DNA of 64,000 nucleotides from positions 306,832-370,831 of the forward strand of contig ML992506.1 in NCBI GenBank assembly GCA_010093995.1, written 5' to 3'. The translations under genes were made by a program, and so were the position numbers. Source of the DNA: Elsinoe ampelina (taxonomy: Eukaryota). Each line of letters starts with the position of its first letter. Position 1 is the first letter of the stretch. Below, one piece after another: positions 29,268 through 39,997 of the stretch. Below the pieces are notes generated by a model. That model saw only the letters and a program-made list of their open reading frames with translations, was not told the origin of the DNA and searched no databases.

Positions 29268-29848
29268 TCAATTCTCAGCCAAGGGGTTCTCATTGGCTGG
29301 AATCATGGTTAGCGAAGGTGCTCTGTAGGATAGAAGAAGGCAACGTGCGCTCGAGGATGCCTTCCTTGACTAAGGTATTGGGATCAGGCCTGTTCTGGAG
29401 ATGTTTCTCCAAGCTGTTCGCCCTCATGTGTTTCTGGAGCTCCTTCTCTTTCCCCTGAAGTGCCGGTGCAGCGATAGAATCGGGAAGGATGTTGCCTGAT
29501 ATCGTAAGCGGTCAATGTTATGAATGAATAAAGCCAGCTTACGCTCGACAAGCTCCTCCTTCTCGGGCCGGTGTGAGAGGTTCTTCTTCAAGTTGTCCGT
29601 GATTCTCTGGCGTTCAAGCTCGGCTTGCTGAGCTTGGAGGGCGCTGCGCGATGTTAGAGTGTGTATGAGCCTGTCGAGGGTCGTACTCACGGAGCAGCAG
29701 TGGTGTCAAGCAGAATGTGCCTGTTCTTGAGATCACGTTCCTCTGGTCGCATCTGGAGATGCTTCTCGAGAGAGTTGCGGCGCTCGAGTGGGTTGATCGA
29801 GGTCTCATCGATGCCCGTGTCGGGTTTCTGGTTCTCTGTGGACGCCAT
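29268..29848 (-). CDS. RPEL-repeat protein (4 exons)
   Basis: Three RPEL-like units (LEKHLQMRPEERDLKNRHIL; LSHRPEKEELVERNIL; LQNRPDPNTLVKEGIL); the last intron has a probable GC donor. Confidence 0.88.
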
Positions 29849-30420
29849 GACTGCAATTGAAAGCCGCGGTGTCTAGTGTGAAGATACAAAATCAACAAGC
29901 ACGATTCTGTCAAGGAGACACTCCTGCCAGGGATGTGCTCGAGCTCCCAGCCTGATGAGCGTTCCTGCATGTGCCTGCCCTGGCTGCAGCCGCGCAGAAA
30001 TTGCGGGGAAGCTCGGGCGTTATGACGACGGATGGTATTGTCCAACCCGCACGACCACAAGCAGGGAAACACTGGTAATGACCATAGGGAGATCATAGCC
30101 TATGATATCCTGGATGCATCGGGAACACTAGACCTCAAGTGTTGTACTATTATGCAGGCGTACGAGAAGTGGGAAAGGCATTGCGCAAAACATCAGTTCC
30201 ATGTGATTATCAAGTACTTAAACTAACGCTAATGGAGAGGAGAACCCTTTCATCAGCTGCGCCGAATGGTATCATGTGGTCATCATGTTTTTGTCTCTTC
30301 CTCCATCCCATAAACACACCCGTGATGGTAGTCGTTTGCAACTAGGGGGGGTTGCATGCTTGTCTTTGTTTGCCTGGTGGCGGATCTTGGCGTGACCACC
30401 GACGGCGACGGTGGAGGCGC

Positions 30421-31663
30421 TTACGCGCCCTCATCGTCATCTCCGACACGGAGGGAGCCCTCGCCGGTCAAGCCGCGGCTCCACCATCCGCCAAGCTCGA
30501 TGTTGGTCTCAGGGAGGACGGAGTGGGTGTACACTGCGGGAACAAGTCAGTACATCTTCTAGCGACGACGACGACGGGGATACCGACACAACCAGGCCCC
30601 AAATACCGGCTTCGCGAGTACATCGAGGATAGCATAGCTAATAATCTCCTGGTCAACGCTAGCGATGCGAGCGCCATCAGCTACACCCCAGACAATCTAA
30701 TAAAAGGTCAGAAAATGGTCCTGGCGCCGGCGGGAAGGTCGCAAATTGATGCGACGACATGGAATAGCGCCTACAGGGTATACAGTCCACAAAACCAAGG
30801 TGAACGAGGCGATAGACAGATAGAAGCTGCCGACCTTGCCGCCCTTGCCGGAGGCAGTGGCGCGGCCGTTGATGGCAAGTTGCCAAACGAGGACAAGGTA
30901 GGCGACGCAAGCGAAGGCGTACCAGCCCCACTTGGAGGCGGAGTCCTCGGAGCCGAAGGCGGCGAAGAGACCAGTCAAGACCATGATGAGATCCGCAACC
31001 ACAGCAATGACAATGGCGCCACCGCTGAGACCGGCGAGAAGGGCAAGATCGAGAAGAAGGAGCGGGGTGGTGACGCTCCAGTCAACGTAACGTGCCCAGT
31101 AAACCTCGCGGTAGACGACCTCCGTGACAACATCGGGGACGTGCTTGTTGGACTCTTTTATCTCGGTTTTGTGAAGGGAGATTCCGTCGCCGACAGCCTG
31201 TGTCAAGATTAGCGTTTTGTAGACTTGTAATCGATCATCTTACCATGGCAAAGTAGGAGAGAGTAGCGAAGGCGACGATGAAGGTGGTGATGACGTGGTA
31301 GAGACGCTTGCCGATGGGAACGGTGAAGGAGACGACCGAGAAGATGACGGTGGCGACCAGCATGATGATGAAGACGACCCTGGAGTGAATTGTCAGCTTG
31401 CTGTTTGTTTGACATTTTCCCAGGCTGCAGGTGGGAGGGCCATCCGAAGCTCGTCGCTGCAGCAGAGTTTAAACCTCGCTGTCGCCAAACTTGAAGCTTT
31501 CGGACTTCACCCTGCCGCACTTGGTATGCACTCACCACAAAGCCCTGTTACCAGTGTTGCCAGCCAACTCGTAGCTGACCTCTGGAACTGGGACAACAGT
31601 TGGGACTGGAGCAACAGAGGTTGCTGCCACCATGTTGGCGACCTGGTTTGGGTCGACGATCAT
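30421..31663 (-). CDS. Microbial (type I) opsin, Leptosphaeria rhodopsin/NOP-1 group, DTD motif
   Basis: Helix C WARYVDWSVTTPLLLLD, helix F LWTVYP, helix G LDVLAKPVFG with the retinal-binding Lys; four introns. Confidence 0.93.
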
Positions 31664-33153
31664 GTTGACGGTGTTGGAGATGCAGTAACTTGTGAGGTTC
31701 TACACGTTCTTTCGAAAGTCAGGAGTCGACAAAGGGCCAGACTCTAATTCGTATGTGAGAAGAAGGTGAACAGAGGAGCGGGGTCGAGGTAGTTTTGTAT
31801 CGAAGGTGCAGCTCTAAAGTGGGAAGCCTGCTTGGAGCTATTCCTGCCACGAGCGGTGCCGTTGATGGAGGGATCACGATCTGAGTCGGATCGAGCCATT
31901 CAGTGACGTCGTAGCCTGGTTGGTCAGAGCTCAAGCTTTGCAGAGCTTTCCCCAGTCCGAGCAAAATCTCGCGGCAATCTGCAGGACTCAAGCCACACTT
32001 GAGGGGGTTGGATAGCACATCACGAAAAGCAGCTGACCTGGAACTGACACATGTTGCTACGCGCTGTCGACAACGTGCTCCTGACCGCTCATCACGAATG
32101 GCAGGACACGCGTGAGGACCAAAGCTTACGGCGTGAGGCTTGACAAAGTCCAATGGGTCGCTTCAGCAACACTGGCCTGGATCATCCTGAAGATGGCTTG
32201 ACTGGTCTGCACGCCATTTCCTGCCGCTTCCTGCACGCCGAAACACGAGCACAGACGAATCCAATTTGCATGCGATTTTTCCTGGACGGCGCCAACGGCG
32301 GCCTTCAGCTCGCGAATCCCACCCATGCAGGAATGCTGTCATAATTCCGACTGCAGCCGTCGTTGGACCATGGTTTGAGGAGCTGCCCTCTTGCAATCTG
32401 CACAGCCAGCGAACGGAGTCGACGGACTTGTTTCCAGCTGACCGCGCGCCGTGAACCGAGCAACCCTTTCGGAACCATGCGATCCAATACGCAAGATCTC
32501 ACCTTCGCCGCGAACATCCTTGGCCTGTTAGGTCACGACTCCGGGTGCCTCACCGAGGATTTGTTGCATTCGATAGCGCCATCTCGACACAGGGACGCCA
32601 ATCGCGAACGCCCCCTCACACCATTAATCTAACTCTGCTGCACGCAAAGTGCGGGCAAGGTATGTATGCCCATGGGTAATCCCTGTACATCTCGTTCTTG
32701 TCACTTTGGCCGAGATGTCGCTCAGATTTCTACCCCACAATGATCTGTTTGCCCAGCATTGTCGATCAAGATGCAGAGGTCGACAAGCGTGGCTGACGTA
32801 TCGGGATAGGATGCGAGGAAAGGCTGCGGGACATGGGTTCCGGACAGTCATGATATAGAGACATGGGTTGAGGATCATAGGCTATCTTCAACTCTGACTA
32901 GCGGGCATGTCAAGACCGCCAGGCGAGGCTGTCCCGTCGTCGAAGAGCTGTCCATCTTTCAAGCCCCCAAGACCTGAGGCTCGAATTCGGGGAATTCCTG
33001 CTTCTCCAACTCTTCCTGACAAAAACTGACAAAGACAACCCCGCCCCCACCTAGGACGTCCCCTGCGGCAGTCATTCTCAAAATAATCTACCCAGGTAAG
33101 TTTGCTCACAGTAAGTCCTCTCATTGTCGGCACCCTCACATACCACCACCACC

Positions 33154-34224
33154 ATGGACGCATTCGAGTACAATTCCAATCCCGGCCGCGTCGTCTTCGG
33201 CAGCGGCACCATCAAGAAGCTCCCCGACGAGCTCAAGCGCCAGAACCTCTCCGCCCCGCTCCTCCTCTCGACTCCCCAACAAGTCCAACAAGCCGAAGAC
33301 CTCAAACCCCTCCTCCCAAACATCGCCGGCATTTTCACCGAAGCAACCATGCACACCCCCGTGCACATCACCGAAAAAGCCCTCTCCTACGCCCAATCCG
33401 TCTCAGCGGACAGCATCATCTCCATCGGCGGCGGCAGCACCATCGGCCTAGGCAAAGCCATCAGCATCCGCACCGGCCTCCCCCACATCTGCATCCCCAC
33501 CACCTACGCCGGGTCCGACCAAACCCCCATCCTCGGCGAGACCTCGGACGGCAAGAAAACCACGCGCTCCGACCCCAAAATCCTCCCCGGCACCGTCATC
33601 TACGACGTCGACTTCACCCTCACCCTCCCGGCCAACATGTCCGCCACGTCCGGCGTCAACGCCATCGCGCACGCCGTCGAAGCCCTCTACGCCCGCAACA
33701 CGAACCCCATCATCAACCTCCTCGCGCTCGAAGGCATCAAGGGTCTCGCCTCCTCCCTGCCCTCCGTCGTCGCCGACCCCTCGGACGTGCCCGCGCGCAC
33801 ATCGGCCCTCTACGGCGCCTGGCTGTGCGGGATTTGTCTGGGTAACGTGGGCATGGCGTTGCATCATAAACTCTGCCACACGCTGGGGGGCAGCTTTAAC
33901 CTCCCGCATGCGGAGACGCATACGATTGTGCTGCCGCATGCGTTGGCGTATAATGCGCCGAAGATACCGGAGGCGATGAGAAGGATCGCCGAGGTGTTGC
34001 CGGGGAGTGAGGGGGATGCGATCAAGGGGTTGAATTTGTTGTTGGGGAAGTTGGGGGTCAAGAGAGGACTGAAGGAGTATGGGATGAAGGAGGAGGATGT
34101 GGATCGTGCGGCGGATTTGGCGGTCGGGAATCCGTATTGGAATCCGAGGGAGATTGAGAGGGAGAAGTTGAGGGAGACGATTAGGAGGTGTTGGGCTGGG
34201 GAGGAGGCGAGGGCGGATTTGTAG
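33154..34224 (+). CDS. Maleylacetate reductase (iron-containing alcohol dehydrogenase family)
   Basis: RVVFGSG, ATMHTPV, GGGSTIGLGKA, PTTYAGS, NAIAHAVEALY, MALHHKLCHTLGG, PHAETH, NPYWNPR; intronless. Confidence 0.93.
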   Translation: MDAFEYNSNPGRVVFGSGTIKKLPDELKRQNLSAPLLLSTPQQVQQAEDLKPLLPNIAGIFTEATMHTPVHITEKALSYAQSVSADSIISIGGGSTIGLGKAISIRTGLPHICIPTTYAGSDQTPILGETSDGKKTTRSDPKILPGTVIYDVDFTLTLPANMSATSGVNAIAHAVEALYARNTNPIINLLALEGIKGLASSLPSVVADPSDVPARTSALYGAWLCGICLGNVGMALHHKLCHTLGGSFNLPHAETHTIVLPHALAYNAPKIPEAMRRIAEVLPGSEGDAIKGLNLLLGKLGVKRGLKEYGMKEEDVDRAADLAVGNPYWNPREIEREKLRETIRRCWAGEEARADL

Positions 34225-34424
34225 GAGGGAAGAGGGTGGGACATGTTTGATTGGAGATAATAGACTATATATTGGAATGAAAATGCGCACTAGGGGTATG
34301 TGGTTCCGCTGGGATATCAGATCGTGCCGTCGTCGTTGATTATGTTTATTCCTCCTTCTTTCCTTTGTGGTGCAGGGCTAGTATCCAGACTGCCTGTTCT
34401 GCGTGTTCGCAATGGGTGTGCTGC

Positions 34425-35087
34425 TTAGACATAGTATGTTCTCCTCGTCCTGCTGCTCCTTGATCCACGACGAGATCCGCTCCTGCCGTATCCATCGTAG
34501 CTGCTCCTTGGGCTTCTCCTGTGGCTGTGACGGCTAGAGTGGTAGGAGCGCTTGACGGTGACGCGGTCATCCCTGTGATGTCTGGCTACAAGAAGAGCGA
34601 GGAGCTGGTCATTGTTAGTCTTTGTCCTGGAAGAAATGTGGGTAGTGAAACTTACGAAGCTCCAGAAGAAGAGAATACACTGGATTATGCCGAGAGCAAA
34701 GGCAGCCTTGAGCAACGCACAGTTCTTGTCACTGTTGAAGCTCACACCCGCAGTACCATTTCCAGCGAAGAAGTCGAGGTTGGTGCAATTGGCTGTGCCG
34801 GGTCCGCGGAGTAGGTAGACACCTGCGATGAAGGCTCCGACGAATGCAAGGTCGAATGCAGCGACCACATTGGCGCTGTGTCGAGCGCGATAGTATGCGA
34901 TCAGTGTCGCAAGTGCCCATGCTGTGGCTAATACTGATACTATGAACAGGACCAGAATGTAAGTTGGTGTGAGCGCATTGGCCTTGACGTAGCCATCGAC
35001 AAAGTAGGATAGAATGCCGACAATTGGGATGAGAGTGACAATTTGGAGAGCGCGGGTGAGGATGAAGAAGAGGCCGGAAATTGCCAT
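34425..35087 (-). CDS. MARVEL-domain membrane protein
   Basis: Four TM helices (RALQ..., FDLAFVGAFIAG, CALLKAAFALGI), probable in-frame intron ~34607-34654, and an Arg/Ser/His-rich tail. Confidence 0.82.
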   Translation of the reverse strand: MAISGLFFILTRALQIVTLIPIVGILSYFVDGYVKANALTPTYILVLFIVSVLATAWALATLIAYYRARHSANVVAAFDLAFVGAFIAGVYLLRGPGTANCTNLDFFAGNGTAGVSFNSDKNCALLKAAFALGIIQCILFFWSFVSFTTHISSRTKTNNDQLLALLVARHHRDDRVTVKRSYHSSRHSHRRSPRSSYDGYGRSGSRRGSRSSRTRRTYYV

Positions 35088-36674
35088 TGCGATGAAGCGC
35101 TAGTCGGTGCTCTGTGATGGTGGAAGTAAAGGGATTGGGAGACGGTGATGGAGCTCTCAAGCCTGCGAGAGACTGGTGATGAATGGAGGAGGTTGGGCGA
35201 GGTCGGATAGCTTCAGAGAGCGAGGATGCTGACTTTTGGTCTTTGTGCTCTCAGCCGGAGGAAATCCCGTGACAGCAAGGCGGATGTGCTGCAGTCTGAC
35301 GTGTGTACTTTTTTCGAGATCTTGTATCGCCGTTGGGAGACGGGAATGGTCGACTGTTTGCGGGGCAGCAACGATGACGGGAACGATGGCGACAAACGAT
35401 GAACGATCAGGTACAGTCACCAGAAGAAAAGCTTACTCTGTCCAACTGCCAGAAGACAAGGATGTAGACGAGTATTTGTACAGACCAGAGTATAGATCAG
35501 TCTAGTCCAACCACCTCATAAAATATTGTATATCTGCACCACAATATGGCTGGCGGGCGTCGTCCCAGCCACCGATGAAACCATACATGATGACCCTGCT
35601 GTCAACCACGCTTCTACACTGGTTCCCCCGCGCTACGTCAACACGGTTCAAAATCAAGGAACCATGCAAAAATCGTGGAAAGAGAACGGACCGCCTAAGC
35701 CGTCAGATTAGCGCTATTTCGTGTGCAGGAAATGTGAGCAAAGGACGTGAAGGTGGGTGTGGACGAGAGTCATTCGCGGAACATTTGCTCTGCCGAGGTT
35801 CCCGATCTCTGGGCAAACTCTGATCGACACTTCACGGCTCTGCAGATGCCAACTTCACGAAGTTCACGTCCTCTTCCACCGCATGCCGTTCATGCAGCTT
35901 TGTTCTTGTTCGGCCTGTTTGCATCCTGGACCTTGACTCGGCCAAGGACGCTGACTCAGCTACTGACTTCCGACGACATCAGACGACCAGGCCTCGCAGC
36001 AAGAGGTCCAGGACGACGCGGCCGCCGAATTGCTCGTTGCCTGATTATCGTCGACAGAGCGAATTGAACCAGACCGTACCACCCGCTTTGCTGTGTCTTC
36101 GTTCTCGACACAGCTGCAAAGTATGTGTTCTGCCTCTTGCAGGACCAATTAGGACCCAGACACAGCAGCATGACTGATGATGGATGAGCGCCCAACCCAT
36201 GAGTCCTATCTTCGAAATTATGAAAAGACAATGAAGGGGCAGAAGATCGAAGACTCAGTAGACACAACTTCCATATATGGCAGCAACATCTTACTTGCCT
36301 CCTGGATTGATATGTACCTTTCGTGATCATCCCATCCGAGAACTTACTGACTTGTATTACCTGCTGTGATCTGTTCGTGAAGAATGTGAAGTCAAGGTGA
36401 GATGCACATTCTCTTTGTCTCTTTATTGGGTGAATAGTAAACCACCAAGTTGGCGTGCTTCCAATATGCTGCTATCTCTTTGTCCCAGCAATCCTTCGTC
36501 CCTTTGTCCCTTTATCTTGCCATGTCTCCTTCTCCGAGGGTGTCGTTCCGACCTCATATGCTTGTCGTACCCGGCAATATCCACCGCTCAGTCTGACGGT
36601 ATTGTGATCGGATACCTGCGCCCATCTCTGTGCCTGTCAGTGGAATCCATGATGGGCAAGGTGCCTGCCTTACT

Positions 36675-37052
36675 CTAGTCCCTCATCTCATACTCGAGGC
36701 GAAGCTCGGGATCTGCCTCCAAAAAGGGCATCACTCTGAGTGGCACCGTGACCATCAGCTGCTGCATACCCAAGGCCCTTGCCCTTGCTTCATTCATGAC
36801 CACGGGCTGCTGCACGTCGTCCTCGAATGTGCCGGTGAAGGGGATGATCTGCACGCTGGGCTGCAGGATGGGTAGGACAGGGCGGTCCTCATTGCGGCGA
36901 CGGCGATGGAAGAAGCCCTTCACTCGACGCAAGAAGCGTCGAATGCGCGCCATGATGATCAAGAAGCGGTCAATATCAACCATGAAGCGATGTATGGAGT
37001 TGTCGATTGAGTTGACGGGTGTTGTCGTGGTGGTGTTGCTGCTTGCGGATGA
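36675..37052 (-). CDS. Hypothetical protein
   Basis: ORF of ~125 aa, divergent from the 37231 ORF; no recognised domain. Confidence 0.35.
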   Translation of the reverse strand, partial: SSASSNTTTTTPVNSIDNSIHRFMVDIDRFLIIMARIRRFLRRVKGFFHRRRRNEDRPVLPILQPSVQIIPFTGTFEDDVQQPVVMNEARARALGMQQLMVTVPLRVMPFLEADPELRLEYEMRD

Positions 37053-37230
37053 CATTGACGGGATCTGTTCCGACAATGACAGGGCTTGATTCTTCTACCA
37101 GATTTGACCGACTCACGCGACTGTACTCCAAACACAACTCATCACTTCTCATCACCTTCCTACAGTCTATTCTCATCCTAACACATCAATCTCCTTTTAT
37201 TCTACCATCCAATGGTACAGCAGGACATCA

Positions 37231-39012
37231 ATGTTCACGACAAACTTGGCTGCGAGGCCTGGCTACACGCTCAGCAACCGTAGAAAGTGTCCAGAGTGTG
37301 GTCTCCACTACGCCTCAATCGTCGAATGCATGCGTTGCGGACATCGAATCTGCCTCAGCGTGTGCGCCGTGAGAGACCCTGCACTTCGAGCTCAGTACGA
37401 CGGCGGATGTCCCTGTTCTCTACCTGGACAACAACCTCGGCCTCAACACCTCCAGAGGGTGCCTGATCAGGGCACGACTCCAAGTCACCAACCCGATCCG
37501 CGTCGCACCCCATCAACAATCACACCTGCAGCCACGACACTAGCGGCTATGCAGCACACTCCATCTGGCTCCACAAGTGAGAACGCAACTGATACTCCGG
37601 CTCGACTACAGCAGCAGGCGACAAACCTTGGAGGCGCAGACACTTCCGCAACCTCGAGCACACCAGCCTCAACCCACGTCTCTCCTGCCATTGCGGCTGT
37701 CACGGGAGCTCCAGCGCCCGCAATTTCTGATTATTCAACATCCTCTGAGCCCCAACTATCGCCTACTTCCACCCGTACAGCGATCACTGTTGGTGAAACA
37801 CGTCAGGTCATTGATGGACCGGAAGAAGTCTTACGCCTCCCTAGCTTCGACACTCTGTTGTCGAGTACACAGGCGCACCGCCCACCCCCGCTCACCTTAC
37901 AACGCCAGCCCACCCTTGACCAACGCGACATTCCGCTGGCTAGAGAAGATTTCAACGCAATCGCAGAGTCTTCTGAGGACGGAGGAAACATCGATGAGAG
38001 AGAAAGTCGTACTATGAACGCGACGGGACACACCACTAGTACCACACAGAATGCCGCACGGCCTATGCAAGACTTGTCGCCACACCAAGCCACAGTAAGC
38101 CAGCATACTGCACTGGATGTACAGTCAGGGGACGTGCCTCACTCAACTCCAGCCGACACATCGCACATCTCTGACGACAACGTTCAAGACACTTCAGCTT
38201 CCCTGCAGGTCACAGCAAGCAGCTATCCTTCTTCAGAGCCTGCAAGTCCTGTCATCCAACAGCAGCCCGGCATCCCACCCGTACAAGTTTTCATTGAATT
38301 GGCCGCGACTATTCCACGGTCTTTGGTGACCCAACCACTGCCCCCGTCCCACGGCCCGTCGGTTACAGGAACTCAAGGATCGATCTCGCACGATGACGGA
38401 CTCGAGTTGCTCAGAACTTACCGCGAGATGGAACTGCAACGTAATACAAACTATCAGATTCGCGACGGGTTACAACTAACACGTCCAGACTCACTCGCAA
38501 CCTCTACGATACGTGAGAGCCCTGGGCGCAGCAGTGAGGGGCTTGACAGTCCATCTGGGATCGCAGTGGACACTGCGCAACCTTCGAACGCCAGCGATGA
38601 GACCGAAGTTCCGTCCAACGTCGAGGTCGAGCTGTCAACAAGCACTACCCCCGAGGCCTCCACCAAGGGCGACGAGGACCATGTAGCCACCGCTGATCTC
38701 GAGGATCAAACCCACACCGACAGTAGCACTTTTGCCAACATCGGCTCCGGCTCCGCACAACAGGACCAACCTTCCGCATTCGCTAACGACGGGGAAGCTG
38801 AAGGCCAAGCAACCGAGCCTATCACTGCGGTCCAGTCGATGCAGGATATCGACGACGCAGATCTGTCTAGCTATCGCTTTGCCGCTGAGCAGCAAGCGTT
38901 GCGTGCGGCAAGGCAGCCCTCGGAAGACACGATTCCCGCCCGCAGCTTCGGCAGCACCCAGGACGAAGAGGAGGAGCAGGAACCAGCAAGGAAGAAGCGC
39001 CGTGTCGAGTGA
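37231..39012 (+). CDS. Hypothetical protein with an N-terminal Cys/His cluster and a long disordered region
   Basis: 593-aa uninterrupted ORF; CPECG..C..CGH.IC..C cluster; S/T/P/Q-rich body; C-terminal PARKKRR, NLS-like. Confidence 0.65.
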   Translation: MFTTNLAARPGYTLSNRRKCPECGLHYASIVECMRCGHRICLSVCAVRDPALRAQYDGGCPCSLPGQQPRPQHLQRVPDQGTTPSHQPDPRRTPSTITPAATTLAAMQHTPSGSTSENATDTPARLQQQATNLGGADTSATSSTPASTHVSPAIAAVTGAPAPAISDYSTSSEPQLSPTSTRTAITVGETRQVIDGPEEVLRLPSFDTLLSSTQAHRPPPLTLQRQPTLDQRDIPLAREDFNAIAESSEDGGNIDERESRTMNATGHTTSTTQNAARPMQDLSPHQATVSQHTALDVQSGDVPHSTPADTSHISDDNVQDTSASLQVTASSYPSSEPASPVIQQQPGIPPVQVFIELAATIPRSLVTQPLPPSHGPSVTGTQGSISHDDGLELLRTYREMELQRNTNYQIRDGLQLTRPDSLATSTIRESPGRSSEGLDSPSGIAVDTAQPSNASDETEVPSNVEVELSTSTTPEASTKGDEDHVATADLEDQTHTDSSTFANIGSGSAQQDQPSAFANDGEAEGQATEPITAVQSMQDIDDADLSSYRFAAEQQALRAARQPSEDTIPARSFGSTQDEEEEQEPARKKRRVE

Positions 39013-39997
39013 TGGTAGACGCACGACGTTACAGTCAACGAAGCTGCTCGTTTCTCCGCCACAAAGCTTGACAGACCCCCGCCTTCCATCCACCAACACG
39101 ACTGACACAAGGACAACCCGAGCACCTCTGTCCTTTCCGATTGAGCATCTCTGGACCTCTCACTCGACCGAAGCAACGCTATGAAGCCCCTCCAGGCCAA
39201 ACAGCGCCCCTCACAATATTCAGATTGCATAACAGAGCTATAACAAAGAGACGGCCCTTCCATGGATGAACAGCAGCCTTCACGAATTTCCTACCCCTTC
39301 TCGTTGTCAGCAAGGCGTCTCGGAACCAACAACAACGATACCAGTCGGTCTTGTCCGGCATGCGATCTTCTTCTCACGACGACACGACCATTTATGATCA
39401 TACCCCAGCTTATACGAGCTTTACAGCCCCTTCGTGGCTCTAGCAAGGCGTCCGGCATCAGTCAGGACAATAGCCGCAGGACCAATTCCTGCATGCATCT
39501 GATTTTCGCACCCCGATGTAATCCATAAATACCAAAAAAAAATACAAGAAATGTACTATACATGTTCGCCCCTGAAAGTGATGTGAAACCCCTGAATCCC
39601 ACCTCAGCTTCACCCCGCAAGCCCGAGAGCTGTGCCTCTTCCACTCAAGCTGCCCCAATTTTTCCTTGCACAACCCCGCACCGCCAAACGTCACGGCCGG
39701 ACGAGACAGTGCCGTGATGCTTGACAAGTGTGACGCCTAGACGTATAAGGTGCTTGTGAGGTGAGTACAAGGCGTGGGGCGGAGAGGAGATGTGACGAGG
39801 ATGGCCTGGGGTGGGTACCATAGCTGGACCGATCAGTAGTCCGAACGAGAGGTGGAACAATTCAGGTAAGGCACTCGCATCTCCCTCTCGAGTCTCCAGC
39901 CAGCTGTATCTCTCTCTCGGTCACCCGCTTCTTCCTTCTCATCTCGAGCTTCACCAGACCGAGCACCAACCTCCCCAGTCCCAGCAGTCCCACGACC

